From positions 1,632,001 through 1,696,000 of the forward strand of contig OZ255726.1 in assembly GCA_965277405.1 (NCBI GenBank): a DNA stretch of 64,000 nucleotides. The letters are read 5' to 3'. Shown piece by piece: positions 54,870 to 64,000 of this stretch. A program made the translations under genes and the position numbers. This stretch comes from Gammaproteobacteria bacterium (GTDB lineage Bacteria; Pseudomonadota; Gammaproteobacteria; G965277405). The notes below the pieces were generated by a model. The model had not been told where the DNA came from. It worked only from the letters and a program-made list of their open reading frames with translations, and searched no databases. How positions within the stretch are numbered: the stretch's first letter is position 1; every line of letters starts with the position of its first letter.

Positions 54870-56333
54870 ATGCGCATTTACCTAGCACCTGTATTTGTGA
54901 CAATCCTTTGGATTACTTCTTCTTCAATAACAACAACTTACGCTGCTAGCGATATTGAGCAGCGTAAGCTGCAGATGCAGCAGAGCATAAATAAGCAAAA
55001 AAAAATCTTTGCAGCTTACAAGCGCAATAGTAAAAACGAGTTTGAAGCCTATCGTGCCCAGCAACAGGAAACTTTAAAAAAAGCAATTAAAGAAAACTGG
55101 CGCCAATTTCAAATTTACAAAGCAGACTTCAGCTTGCTTGGCAACAAGCCGCAAAACCAACCAGCCTACGGCAACCAGGTTAAACATCAACTAGCAGCCA
55201 AATCACCAAATCTCAAAACATCAATTGTAAAACCTAGGGATGGTCATCTTTCACAGCAAAAAACAGCAAACACGCAGCCACTTAATCTGTATGGAATGAC
55301 GTTATCTATGCCTGTGGTCACGCAGCCAGTCATGTCAGCAGGAGCAGACAAACAGGCAATTACTGACTATCTACAAGTAAACCCAGATTACGAAAAAAAG
55401 TTAGTTGTGTTTGCCCGTGATACTGCAGAGCGACTCCACCTTGACGATTGGGGTACATACTTGCTGATGCGTGAAATAGCACGGCAGCTCTACCCAGATA
55501 GCTGGCAAACCAGACGCCTTGCCCAATGGAAATGGATGAATCAGCTTGGCTACGATCTGCGCATAGCCGAAACAAGCAACGAATTACGTTTACTACTACC
55601 AGTCACCCAGACAATATATGGTCACTCATACATATTTATAGAAGGCAATAAATACTATCTTGATACCCCAGCTGGTAGCGACTTGCACACCTATCCACAA
55701 CAATTTGATAAACTTGCAGCCATAGAGAATATCAACCCAACACAAGTGCGGTGGTCTGATGACAAGCAGAATATTCATGTTCGCCAGCTTGATTATTCCA
55801 ACGATGGCGAACACTACCAAATTACGCTTAAGTTCGATATACGTACACTGCGGATGATGCAGGATTATCCGCAAATGATTTTTTCTCGATATTTTAAAAC
55901 ACCTCTTTCGCCAAAACTTGAACAATCACTCAAAGATCAGCTCATGCCTGTGCTTGCAGGCAAGAGCAAATATCAGCAGGCAAGTCTGCTGCTTAAGTTG
56001 GTACAGAAATCTCTCGCCTACCAGACTGATCAACAACAGTTTGGCAAGGAAAACTACCTATTTGCCGAAGAATCTATAGGGTTTCCATATGCCGACTGTG
56101 AAGACAGAGCTATTCTGTATGCTTGGCTGGTGCATGAGCTGCTCGACCTTCCCTATCTGGTACTGCTATACCCTAACCACCTGACTACGGCCATAGCTCT
56201 GAACGGAACAGGTGACACAATTCATTATGGCAATACCATCTATCTGATAGCTGACCCAACATACATAGGGGCACCAATCGGTAAAGCCATGCATCCGCAG
56301 ATAGAGCCAAAGATTATTTATGCTTCACAATAG
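54870..56333 (+). CDS. Secreted protein with C-terminal transglutaminase-like Cys-His-Asp domain
   Basis: Signal peptide (TTTYA/AS), coiled coil, YQTD, ADCEDRAIL, PNHLTTAI, IADPT. Confidence 0.7.
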   Translation: MRIYLAPVFVTILWITSSSITTTYAASDIEQRKLQMQQSINKQKKIFAAYKRNSKNEFEAYRAQQQETLKKAIKENWRQFQIYKADFSLLGNKPQNQPAYGNQVKHQLAAKSPNLKTSIVKPRDGHLSQQKTANTQPLNLYGMTLSMPVVTQPVMSAGADKQAITDYLQVNPDYEKKLVVFARDTAERLHLDDWGTYLLMREIARQLYPDSWQTRRLAQWKWMNQLGYDLRIAETSNELRLLLPVTQTIYGHSYIFIEGNKYYLDTPAGSDLHTYPQQFDKLAAIENINPTQVRWSDDKQNIHVRQLDYSNDGEHYQITLKFDIRTLRMMQDYPQMIFSRYFKTPLSPKLEQSLKDQLMPVLAGKSKYQQASLLLKLVQKSLAYQTDQQQFGKENYLFAEESIGFPYADCEDRAILYAWLVHELLDLPYLVLLYPNHLTTAIALNGTGDTIHYGNTIYLIADPTYIGAPIGKAMHPQIEPKIIYASQ

Positions 56334-56364
56334 AGCGTTGTTTTGGTGTTATACATGCGCTGTT

Positions 56365-56614
56365 GCGGTACTTGCTGTGTTGCAACCTTTGGTGTATATG
56401 CTCCGGCATGCGCCTGCGGAATGCGCCTTGCAATCATCAGCAATTGCAGCAATTGCAGCAAACCGTTGTATATTCAACAGAATGACGGGAAAAAACGCTG
56501 CGATAACGTCGTTGCAGCACTTGATAATACCACCAGTATTATCAAGTGTTGCGCTTCAGTTATCATCAGCGTGTTTGCTTAGTCTCGCCCATTATTGAGT
56601 TAATCAGAGCTTCC
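56365..56614 (-). mobile_element. Rearranged MITE copy (internal inversion, one end missing)
   Basis: 56365-56447 in + orientation joined at GCAATTGC to a - orientation left half ending TTAATCAGAGCTTCC|TTAA. Confidence 0.85.
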
Positions 56615-56627
56615 TTAATAAGTTATA

Positions 56628-57716
56628 ATGACCCCATCTGCTCTATACCAACAAAAAATTGACACAGGCGAAATCTGTGCGGATTGCATACAACAGCAGG
56701 CTTTGGTTGAACTTGATGGCTTGCATCTGGCGGTTATTAGCTTTTTTGAACGCAGCCGTTCATTGCTGTCGTGGAAAAAGCCCAAGCAACCGCACGGGTT
56801 ATATCTGTGGGGTGAGGTTGGTCGTGGCAAAACATTTTTGCTGGATTTGCTTTACGAATCATTGCCACATTGCCGCTGTCAGCGGATTCATTTTGCCCGT
56901 TTCATGCAATGGCTACATGGGCAATTACAATTAAGAGTTGGCAGTAAAAATCCACTGCAGCGGATTGCCGCTGCATATTGCAGGCAATATGCGGTGCTGT
57001 GCTTTGATGAGCTGTACGTCAATGATATTGGTGATGCGATGTTGTTGGGTGAGTTTTTTGCGGCGATGTATCGCCACGGGATGGTGTTCATTAGCACCTC
57101 AAATAGCCACCCAGATGATTTGTATAAAGAAGGGTTACAGCGCAGTCGGTTTCTGCCTGCTATTGCCAGCATTCATCAGCACAATACCGTCTATCATTTA
57201 GGCGGGTCCCATGATTATCGATTGCGCATGCTAACAGAAAATGCTTTATTTTATATCAACAGCGATGCTGCGCAAGCACAGCAGCATATGCGGCTGTTGT
57301 TCACCCGCTTATCTGGCAACCAACAATTATATCAAGAAGATACTGTTGAGCTCACTGCGCGTCAAGTTGCCATAGTTGTCGCGTCAGATGAGGTGTTATG
57401 GATGACGTTTGCACAAATGTGTGAAAGTGCACGGAGCAACTTTGATTATATTGAAATCTCAACAAGATTCAAAATTGTCATGCTTAGTCATGTCCCTAAA
57501 ATTACCAATGACGATGCTGCTCGGCGCTTTGTTGGCTTGATTGATGAACTGTATGCAAGCCACACGGTGTTGGTGTTGCATAGTTATGCGCAGCTTGACC
57601 AACTGTATAATCAAAAAAAATTAGCATTTGCTTTTCAAAGAACAATCAGCAGGCTGATTGAAATGCAATCTGATGCATACGTTGCACTGTGTGCCATCGA
57701 GGCACGGTTGCAGTAG
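56628..57716 (+). CDS. zapE: Cell division ATPase ZapE (AFG1 family)
   Basis: GLYLWGEVGRGKT, LCFDE, TSN, LYKEGLQRSRFLP, RTISRLIEMQS. Confidence 0.93.
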   Translation: MTPSALYQQKIDTGEICADCIQQQALVELDGLHLAVISFFERSRSLLSWKKPKQPHGLYLWGEVGRGKTFLLDLLYESLPHCRCQRIHFARFMQWLHGQLQLRVGSKNPLQRIAAAYCRQYAVLCFDELYVNDIGDAMLLGEFFAAMYRHGMVFISTSNSHPDDLYKEGLQRSRFLPAIASIHQHNTVYHLGGSHDYRLRMLTENALFYINSDAAQAQQHMRLLFTRLSGNQQLYQEDTVELTARQVAIVVASDEVLWMTFAQMCESARSNFDYIEISTRFKIVMLSHVPKITNDDAARRFVGLIDELYASHTVLVLHSYAQLDQLYNQKKLAFAFQRTISRLIEMQSDAYVALCAIEARLQ

Positions 57717-57725
57717 CTTTGGTGA

Positions 57726-58430
57726 TTATAGTTGCCAGTCGATTGGTTGGATGGCGTGATTCTGTAAATATGTGTTGGTTGCTGAAAAAGGCCTGCTACC
57801 AAAAAAACCATTGTGTGCCGAAAAGGGTGATGGATGTGCGCTGGCAATAATGTGATTGTGGGTAGGGTCGATTCCTGCTGCCTTGCGTTGCGCGTATTTG
57901 CCCCAGAGGATGTATACAATGTTGTGGTGATGTTGTTGCAAACGCGCGATGATTTGATCAGTAATCCATTCCCAACCTTGCCCCGCGTGTGATGCGGCAG
58001 CGCCAGCGCGGACAGTCAGCACGCTGTTTAATAGCAACACTCCTTGTTGTGCCCATGCTGTTAAATCACCTTTTCCTGCGTTTTGAATAGATATATCCGC
58101 ATACATTTCAGTATGGATATTGCGCAATGATGGCGGAATCTGTATACCATTTGCCACAGAAAATGCTAGCCCCATCGCCTGTCCTGGGCCATGGTATGGG
58201 TCTTGTCCGAGCATAACAACTTTCACAGTATCGACTGGCGTGCACTGCAGTGCTGTATAGATGAGATGGCGAGGTGGGTATACGGTATGTTGCAGTTGTT
58301 GCTGTTGTAAAAAAGTTCCAAGTTGCAGCGCCTGTGGCTGGATTAGGCAGTCAGCTAGCAGTGACTGCCACGATGATTCAAGCACGGCTGTGATTGTTTC
58401 GATTGTCGAATTTGATGGGCAATTTTCCAT
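57726..58430 (-). CDS. ung: Uracil-DNA glycosylase
   Basis: GQDPYH, PPSLRNI, GVLLLN, HPSPFS. Confidence 0.96.
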   Translation of the reverse strand: MENCPSNSTIETITAVLESSWQSLLADCLIQPQALQLGTFLQQQQLQHTVYPPRHLIYTALQCTPVDTVKVVMLGQDPYHGPGQAMGLAFSVANGIQIPPSLRNIHTEMYADISIQNAGKGDLTAWAQQGVLLLNSVLTVRAGAAASHAGQGWEWITDQIIARLQQHHHNIVYILWGKYAQRKAAGIDPTHNHIIASAHPSPFSAHNGFFGSRPFSATNTYLQNHAIQPIDWQL

Positions 58431-58491
58431 GATGGCATTGGTAATGGCAGTAGTTTTTCGTACAATGGATTTTTTTATTCCGCATAAGTAT

Positions 58492-59088
58492 ATGGAAAAA
58501 ATAATATATGGGCTGGTAATTACATTACTTGCTGGCTGTGGAGCATCAACGCCAACATTAGACGAAGTGCGTGCTGTATCTGAGTGCTATTATCCAGATA
58601 CTGTAGATGTTGAAGGGCCTGCTTGGGTGTGTGATGGTCCAGTTGATGGTGTTGCGCTCAAAGCAGTTGGTGTTGCTGAGCCAACGCAGGCAGGTTTTGC
58701 ATTTCAACGCAGAATTGCACAAAATAATGCACAAATTGAGATAGCTGTGCGGGTTCGCAGCAGAGTGCGCGACATCATTCGGCAATATACTGAGCAAATC
58801 GGCAATGTGCCTGAAGAGCAAACGAATGCCGTGATTACAGTTACCACACAAACAATTACTGATGTGACGCTGCAGCAAGTAGAACTGTTCGCAAGTATCA
58901 AATCCCCGAATAATTATTTCTATGTGTTGATGGGGATTACCGATGATAATTTTAATGCGTTTTTAGATACCGCATTACGCTCTAGCATACAACAGAATGC
59001 TGATGACTGGGGAGCATTTCTAGATTTACACAATCAAGATCAGGAGTTACTTGCAAAAGAACTTATTACAAAAGGAATAGGTTCATAA
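58492..59088 (+). CDS. LPP20-like lipoprotein (paralogue of 49447..50037)
   Basis: Lipobox LLAGC, CYYPD...GPAWVC, FYVLMG. Confidence 0.75.
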   Translation: MEKIIYGLVITLLAGCGASTPTLDEVRAVSECYYPDTVDVEGPAWVCDGPVDGVALKAVGVAEPTQAGFAFQRRIAQNNAQIEIAVRVRSRVRDIIRQYTEQIGNVPEEQTNAVITVTTQTITDVTLQQVELFASIKSPNNYFYVLMGITDDNFNAFLDTALRSSIQQNADDWGAFLDLHNQDQELLAKELITKGIGS

Positions 59089-59224
59089 ATTATTGCAAAA
59101 AAGCTATCACATATGTATTGGTTTCTATACATTACCCATACTTGCACTACAACTCAGCATGCCACTGATGCAAGTTTCTTTCATAACCCCGTGAGTGTAG
59201 TCGCGGAAAACTGGTAATAATTAT

Positions 59225-60898
59225 ATGTCAGACTCATTTGCTCAGCTCGTTGAGAACCAAGAATTTTCCATTCCTGATTATAAGATTGGTTCGATTATCG
59301 ACTGTACAGTCCTTCGTGTTGAAAAAGATTTCATCACTGTTGATTCTGGACTCAAATCAGAAACATACATCCCCGTTTCTGAGTTTATATCCAAGAAGAA
59401 TGGCAACACAGATGTAAACATAGGCGATATAGTTAAAGTGATTCTTGAACAATACGAGGATGGCTTTGGCGTTACGACCTTGTCGCGTGAGAAAGCGCAA
59501 GAACAAGAAATTTGGATGAAGCTTGACGAAGCGCACCGTGAGCAAAGTAATATTGAAGGCGATATTTTAGAGCGCGTAAAAGGCGGATTTAGTGTGATGA
59601 TAGGTGCACTCCGCGCGTTCTTGCCAGGATCACTTGTTGATTCTCGACCGATTCAAGACCCAGAGTCACTCGAACACACCACCAGCTTATTTAAAATTGT
59701 TAAGATGGATCGTGAGCGCAATAATATTGTGGTTTCGCGGAAGGCAGTGCTTGAAGAAGAAAACTCTGCTGAACGCGAAGCGTTACTGGAGACTTTGAAA
59801 GAAGGTGCTATCTACAAAGGTATTGTGAAGAACTTGACAGATTATGGTGCGTTTGTCGATTTAGGTGGCATTGATGGCTTGCTACATATTACCGATATGT
59901 CATGGCGTAGAATTCGCAATCCAAGTGAAATGGTTGCGATTGGTGATGAAATCGAAGTCATTGTATTAAAATACGTTGCAGAAGAACAACGGGTATCGCT
60001 GGGGCTACGCCAGTTACAACCAAACCCATGGGAAAACATTGAGGAGCGGTTTATGATTGGCAACAAATATACTGCAACAGTAACCAATCTTACCGACTAC
60101 GGTTGTTTTGCAGAAATTGAAGACGGCATCGAAGGCTTGGTGCATGTGTCTGAAATGGACTGGACAAATAAAAACATCCACCCTTCAAAAGTCGTGACTG
60201 TTGGCGATGAAATTGAAGTGATGATGTTGAATGTTGACAAAATGAGTCGACGCATTTCTCTTGGTATGAAGCAATGTACGGCAAATCCATGGGAAGAGTT
60301 TATTAATAAATACCAAGCAAACGACACAATTAAAGGCCCCATTAAATCTATCACGGACTTTGGTTTGTTTATTGGTCTTGAAGGAAATATTGATGGGCTG
60401 GTGCATCTCAGTGATATTGACTGGGCGTTACCTGGCGAAGAAGCCATCAAACAGTATTCTCGCGGAATGGAAATTGAAGCGTTGATATTGAATATAGATG
60501 GTGAACGTGAACGGATATCATTGGGCATTAAACAGCTGCGCAATGATCCATTTATCACCTTCACCACGGTAAACAGTAAAGGTTCAATTGTTATTGGCAA
60601 AGTGACTGCAGTTGATGAGCGCTTGGTAACGCTTGAGCTAGAACAACATGTGATAGGTACTGTTAAAGTTGGTGAGTTGAGCAGAGATAAAGTCACCGAC
60701 GCCACGACAGCAGTAGAAATAGGCCAGACAATAGAAGCTAAAATTTTACTGATTGACAGGAAAACACGTTCAATAAGTTTGTCTGTGCGTGCGAAAGACA
60801 TTCAACAAGACAAGCAAGCAATGCGTGATCTTAATAAGCAGTCTCCCAAAGTTGCGACAATCGGCGATTTGATTAAAGAACAAATTGTGGATAAATAA
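59225..60898 (+). CDS. rpsA: 30S ribosomal protein S1
   Basis: Six S1 domains; AFLPGSLVD, DYGAFVDLGGIDGLLHITD. Confidence 0.98.
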   Translation: MSDSFAQLVENQEFSIPDYKIGSIIDCTVLRVEKDFITVDSGLKSETYIPVSEFISKKNGNTDVNIGDIVKVILEQYEDGFGVTTLSREKAQEQEIWMKLDEAHREQSNIEGDILERVKGGFSVMIGALRAFLPGSLVDSRPIQDPESLEHTTSLFKIVKMDRERNNIVVSRKAVLEEENSAEREALLETLKEGAIYKGIVKNLTDYGAFVDLGGIDGLLHITDMSWRRIRNPSEMVAIGDEIEVIVLKYVAEEQRVSLGLRQLQPNPWENIEERFMIGNKYTATVTNLTDYGCFAEIEDGIEGLVHVSEMDWTNKNIHPSKVVTVGDEIEVMMLNVDKMSRRISLGMKQCTANPWEEFINKYQANDTIKGPIKSITDFGLFIGLEGNIDGLVHLSDIDWALPGEEAIKQYSRGMEIEALILNIDGERERISLGIKQLRNDPFITFTTVNSKGSIVIGKVTAVDERLVTLELEQHVIGTVKVGELSRDKVTDATTAVEIGQTIEAKILLIDRKTRSISLSVRAKDIQQDKQAMRDLNKQSPKVATIGDLIKEQIVDK

Positions 60899-60907
60899 AC
60901 TAACAAC

Positions 60908-61207
60908 GTGAAAAAAAGTGAAATTCATCTGGATCTGGTAAAACAATTACCTGCTCTTGACCATGGTAAAGCCCAGTTGGCTGTGGATGTGATTATTGCA
61001 ACGATTGCAAAAGGTCTGGCAGATGGTGATTTTTTACACGTTAAAGGTTTTGGTAGATTATACATGCGTGCCCGCAAACCGTGTACGTTATACAACCCAA
61101 AGCTGAATAAAAAAGTAGAAGTTGGTCCGCGACTTACCTGTTTATTTCGACCTGCAGCATCTTTACAGCAACGTTTAAATAACAACGTTACTGGGCAATA
61201 TGATTAG
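60908..61207 (+). CDS. ihfB: Integration host factor beta / HU-family protein (divergent)
   Basis: GFGRL, YNPK, FRPA; directly after rpsA. Confidence 0.75.
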   Translation: MKKSEIHLDLVKQLPALDHGKAQLAVDVIIATIAKGLADGDFLHVKGFGRLYMRARKPCTLYNPKLNKKVEVGPRLTCLFRPAASLQQRLNNNVTGQYD

Positions 61208-61517
61208 GTTGATCAAACGGTTATGCTATGTTGCTATAATTGTATTACTGTTTTTTTTGGCGATGTTATTTACTCGCAACAATGCAACAGAGCTTGTCAT
61301 AGATTTTTGGGTGTGGCAAACTCCGCCTGTCTACGCTGGGGTGTGGTTCATCATTATTTTTGTTGCAGGCATGACCCTGACGGCTATTCCTTGGGCTATC
61401 CAGCGCAGTTTTTATCGTCACAGCGTTACCAGCCTCAAACGCAAGCTGGCAGCAGCAAACACGCTTAAGGAACCTCTGATTAATTCCATGATGGGCGAGA
61501 CGGAGAAAAAACGCTGA
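61200..61517 (+). CDS. lapA: LapA-like LPS assembly protein with MITE-derived C-terminus
   Basis: Two TM segments, RN...IDF; after ihfB; last ~15 aa read through MITE copy 10. Confidence 0.65.
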   Translation: MIRLIKRLCYVAIIVLLFFLAMLFTRNNATELVIDFWVWQTPPVYAGVWFIIIFVAGMTLTAIPWAIQRSFYRHSVTSLKRKLAAANTLKEPLINSMMGETEKKR

Positions 61518-61748
61518 TGATAACTAGACGCAGTACGCAGATAATACTGGTGGTCTTGTGGGTATTGCCAAGTGCTGCAACGACGTTATCGCAGCGTTTT
61601 TTCCCGTCCTTCTGTTGAATATACTTTGGGTTTGCTGCAGCGGTACTTGCTGTGTTGCATCCCTTGGCGTATATGCTACGGCATGCGCCTTGCAATCATC
61701 AGCAATTGCAGGCAAACTCGCTCCATCAGCGAGTTAATCAGAGCTTTC
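61469..61748 (+). mobile_element. MITE copy 10
   Basis: TTAA|GGAACCTCTGATTAA ... TTAATCAGAGCTTTC|CTAA. Confidence 0.93.
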
Positions 61749-61780
61749 CTAAGCTATAACGCAACACAATAGTTTTGCTG

Positions 61781-62506
61781 ATGGCGCTGTATTGTATTGC
61801 CGATCTTCATCTTGACACGCCAACTCATAAAAATGCGCGCTTTGAACAATGGTGCACGGCTATTCAAAATGATTGCGAGCATTTATATATTCTTGGTGAC
61901 CTGTTTGAAGCATGGATTGGTGACGATGCTATGGTATCGTGGCATCAGCAAATTGCTCAGATGCTGGCAACTATGTCGTATGCTATTTCGCTTCAGCACG
62001 GCAATCGTGATTTCTTGTTAGGACAGCAGTTTGTAGCACTTGCTGGCGCACAGTTGCTTGGTGATGTGTATTACCGACAGGCATCGTCGCAGGCTCAGGC
62101 ATTGTTAATGCTCCATGGTGATACGTTATGCACTGATGATGTGCAGTATCAACAATTACGCCAACGGCTACGTAGTCAACAATGGCAAGAAACATTTTTG
62201 CAAAAAAGTGTGGATGCACGTGCTCAAGAAGCGCTTGATTTGCGCAAGCGCAGCAAGCAAGCCGTTCAGGAAAAATCACCAGCAATTATGGATGTCAATG
62301 CCGCCGCATGTGCGGCGCTGTTTGCCCAGTATCCATCCGTTAATTTAATGGTGCATGGGCATACGCATCGACCTTTTGTACATATATATCCTGCCGATAA
62401 ACATCGTATTGTTGTGGGTGATTGGCGCGAAGCAGGTTTTTATTTTGCGCGGGTTGATGCGCATGATTGCACATTGCATTATCAGGCTTGGCATGAGGTA
62501 GATTAG
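61781..62506 (+). CDS. lpxH: UDP-2,3-diacylglucosamine hydrolase
   Basis: ADLHL, GDLFEAWIGDD, HGNRDFLLG, HGDTLCTDD, HGHTHRP, GDW. Confidence 0.93.
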   Translation: MALYCIADLHLDTPTHKNARFEQWCTAIQNDCEHLYILGDLFEAWIGDDAMVSWHQQIAQMLATMSYAISLQHGNRDFLLGQQFVALAGAQLLGDVYYRQASSQAQALLMLHGDTLCTDDVQYQQLRQRLRSQQWQETFLQKSVDARAQEALDLRKRSKQAVQEKSPAIMDVNAAACAALFAQYPSVNLMVHGHTHRPFVHIYPADKHRIVVGDWREAGFYFARVDAHDCTLHYQAWHEVD

Positions 62507-62526
62507 CCGTATATGCAATTTGCTGA

Positions 62527-62635
62527 CGCTTGCTGGCCATCCCTTGGCGTATATGCTACGGCATGCGCTTAGCGCCTTGCAATCACCAGCAATTGCTAAT
62601 TAACTCGCTCCATCAGCGAGTGAATCAGAGCTTCC
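62527..62635 (+). mobile_element. MITE right-half fragment
   Basis: CATCCCTTGGCGTATATGC ... TGAATCAGAGCTTCC|TTAG. Confidence 0.85.
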
Positions 62636-63099
62636 TTAGCTACAACGAAGATTTACTCTTTGCTGATTTAGAGCAATTTAAGCAAAAACTGGCTAACTGG
62701 TTAGGGAAACTCTGATTAAGTCCATGATGGGCGAGACGGAGAAAAAACGCTGATGATAACTTAAGCGCAGTGCGCAGATAATACTGGTGGTATTATCAAG
62801 TGCTGCAACGACGTTAGCGCAGCGTTTTTTTCCGTCCTTCTGTTGAATATATGATGGTTTGCTGCAATTGCTGCGCTTGCTGTGTTGCATCCCTTGGCGT
62901 ATATGCTACGGCATGCGCTTAGCGGTTTGCGCCTTGCAATCATCAGCAATTGCAGGCAAACTCGCTCCATCAGCGACTTAATCAGAGCTTCCTTAGTGTG
63001 GTACAACTATGAGCGACCTCATCATTCACATAACAAAAACCACCTATTCAAGCTATGCTACTCTGTCAACCTCAGTGCAATATGTATTGGACGCATACA
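62636..63099 (+). pseudogene. IS481-like transposase 3' remnant interrupted by a MITE
   Basis: Removing the MITE and one TTAG restores YNEDLLFADLEQFKQKLANWLVWYNYERPHHS; downstream CNMYWTHT ends in ACA. Confidence 0.7.
62705..62992 (+). mobile_element. MITE copy 11 (TTAG target duplication)
   Basis: TTAG|GGAAACTCTGATTAA ... TTAATCAGAGCTTCC|TTAG. Confidence 0.95.
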
Positions 63100-63159
63100 C
63101 ACACTTGAATTGGTGGTTTTAGGTCGTACAATACCCATACATTTATTTTGGAGACACAC

Positions 63160-63816
63160 ATGCAATTACAATCTCAGACTACGGTTCGGGCAACAACGCT
63201 CACAACGAATAAGGTTATTCGCAATACCTATATGCTGTTATCTACGACGTTAATTTTTAGCGCAATAACGGCGACGTTTAGCACCATCATGCAAGTCCAA
63301 CAAGTAAACATTTTTGTATTCTTAATTGGAGCATATGGCTTGATGTTCTTAACGTCGCGTTTGCAAAATAGCCCATGGGGCCTTGCATGCGTATTTGGTT
63401 TCACGGGTTTTCTTGGGTATACCTTAGGACCTTTGCTCAATATGTATTTGGCAATTCCCAGTGGTGGTGAAACGATTGCTATGGCGCTGGGAATGACTGG
63501 TGTAATCTTCTTAGGTTTGAGTGGCTATGCGCTAACAACACGCAAAGACTTTAGCTTTTTAAGTGGGTTTTTATTTGCAGGGGTATTGGTGTTGATATTG
63601 GCAATGGTTGTCGGGATGTTTACGAATATCCCAGGGTTACATTTGGCTATTTCTGTTGGCTTTGTGTTGTTTTCAAGTGCTGCTATTTTGTATCAAACCA
63701 GCCAAATGATTCATGATCCTAATGCAAATTACATCATGATGACAATTGGTTTATATACCCAGATCTACAATTTGTTTGTTAGCTTGCTCTACATACTAGG
63801 TGCAACCAGAGATTAA
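63160..63816 (+). CDS. yccA: Bax inhibitor-1/YccA family membrane protein
   Basis: NKVIRNTYMLLS, GYTLGPLL, TTRKDFSFL, IYNLFVSLL; GGAG RBS. Confidence 0.92.
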   Translation: MQLQSQTTVRATTLTTNKVIRNTYMLLSTTLIFSAITATFSTIMQVQQVNIFVFLIGAYGLMFLTSRLQNSPWGLACVFGFTGFLGYTLGPLLNMYLAIPSGGETIAMALGMTGVIFLGLSGYALTTRKDFSFLSGFLFAGVLVLILAMVVGMFTNIPGLHLAISVGFVLFSSAAILYQTSQMIHDPNANYIMMTIGLYTQIYNLFVSLLYILGATRD

Positions 63817-64000
63817 GGGTTTCAATAAAACACTGGAATTTGCTGGTTTTTTTATTGGCAATGGATGTTTAATCCTGCATTGTTGTCTGCTATAATTTAT
63901 TAAAAATATATTGCAAAAACCAAGCATCGCGAGCAACTCTTTCAATAATAAAATGTGTGTAAATAACAACAATACATTGTTTTTGCTAAAGTCAGTAGTT

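Noticed and set aside
60097-60801. Long antisense ORFs (also 4705-5346 and 7947-8615)
   Set aside because: Shadows of rpsA, pgi and the aminotransferase, with no motifs or RBS.

Overview
Chromosomal window from a proteobacterium, probably Gammaproteobacteria sensu lato given glnS, argA, hisZ-purA, tig-clpP-clpX-lon-hupB-ppiD and rpsA-ihfB-lapA. The backbone is divergent housekeeping genes. It is heavily colonised by a ~290-bp non-autonomous MITE with GGAAGCTCTGATTAA terminal inverted repeats and YTAR (mostly TTAG) targets: 10 near full-length copies, about 6 partial copies and about 4 solo ends. The MITE often abuts or supplies stop codons, sits where conserved operons are broken, and borders gene fragments (yghU, pstS, ceo, and IS5/IS1106-like and IS481-like remnants). 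This pattern suggests early genome erosion of the kind seen in host-associated bacteria (inference). The most unusual locus is 49.4-56.3 kb, a co-oriented cluster of exported proteins. It contains LPP20-like lipoproteins, a lipoprotein with seven near-identical WD40 repeats fused to an intact caspase-like (C14) protease, an LPP20+DUF4384-like lipoprotein and a secreted transglutaminase-like Cys-His-Asp protein. All family calls come from motif recognition by eye; no database searches were run.
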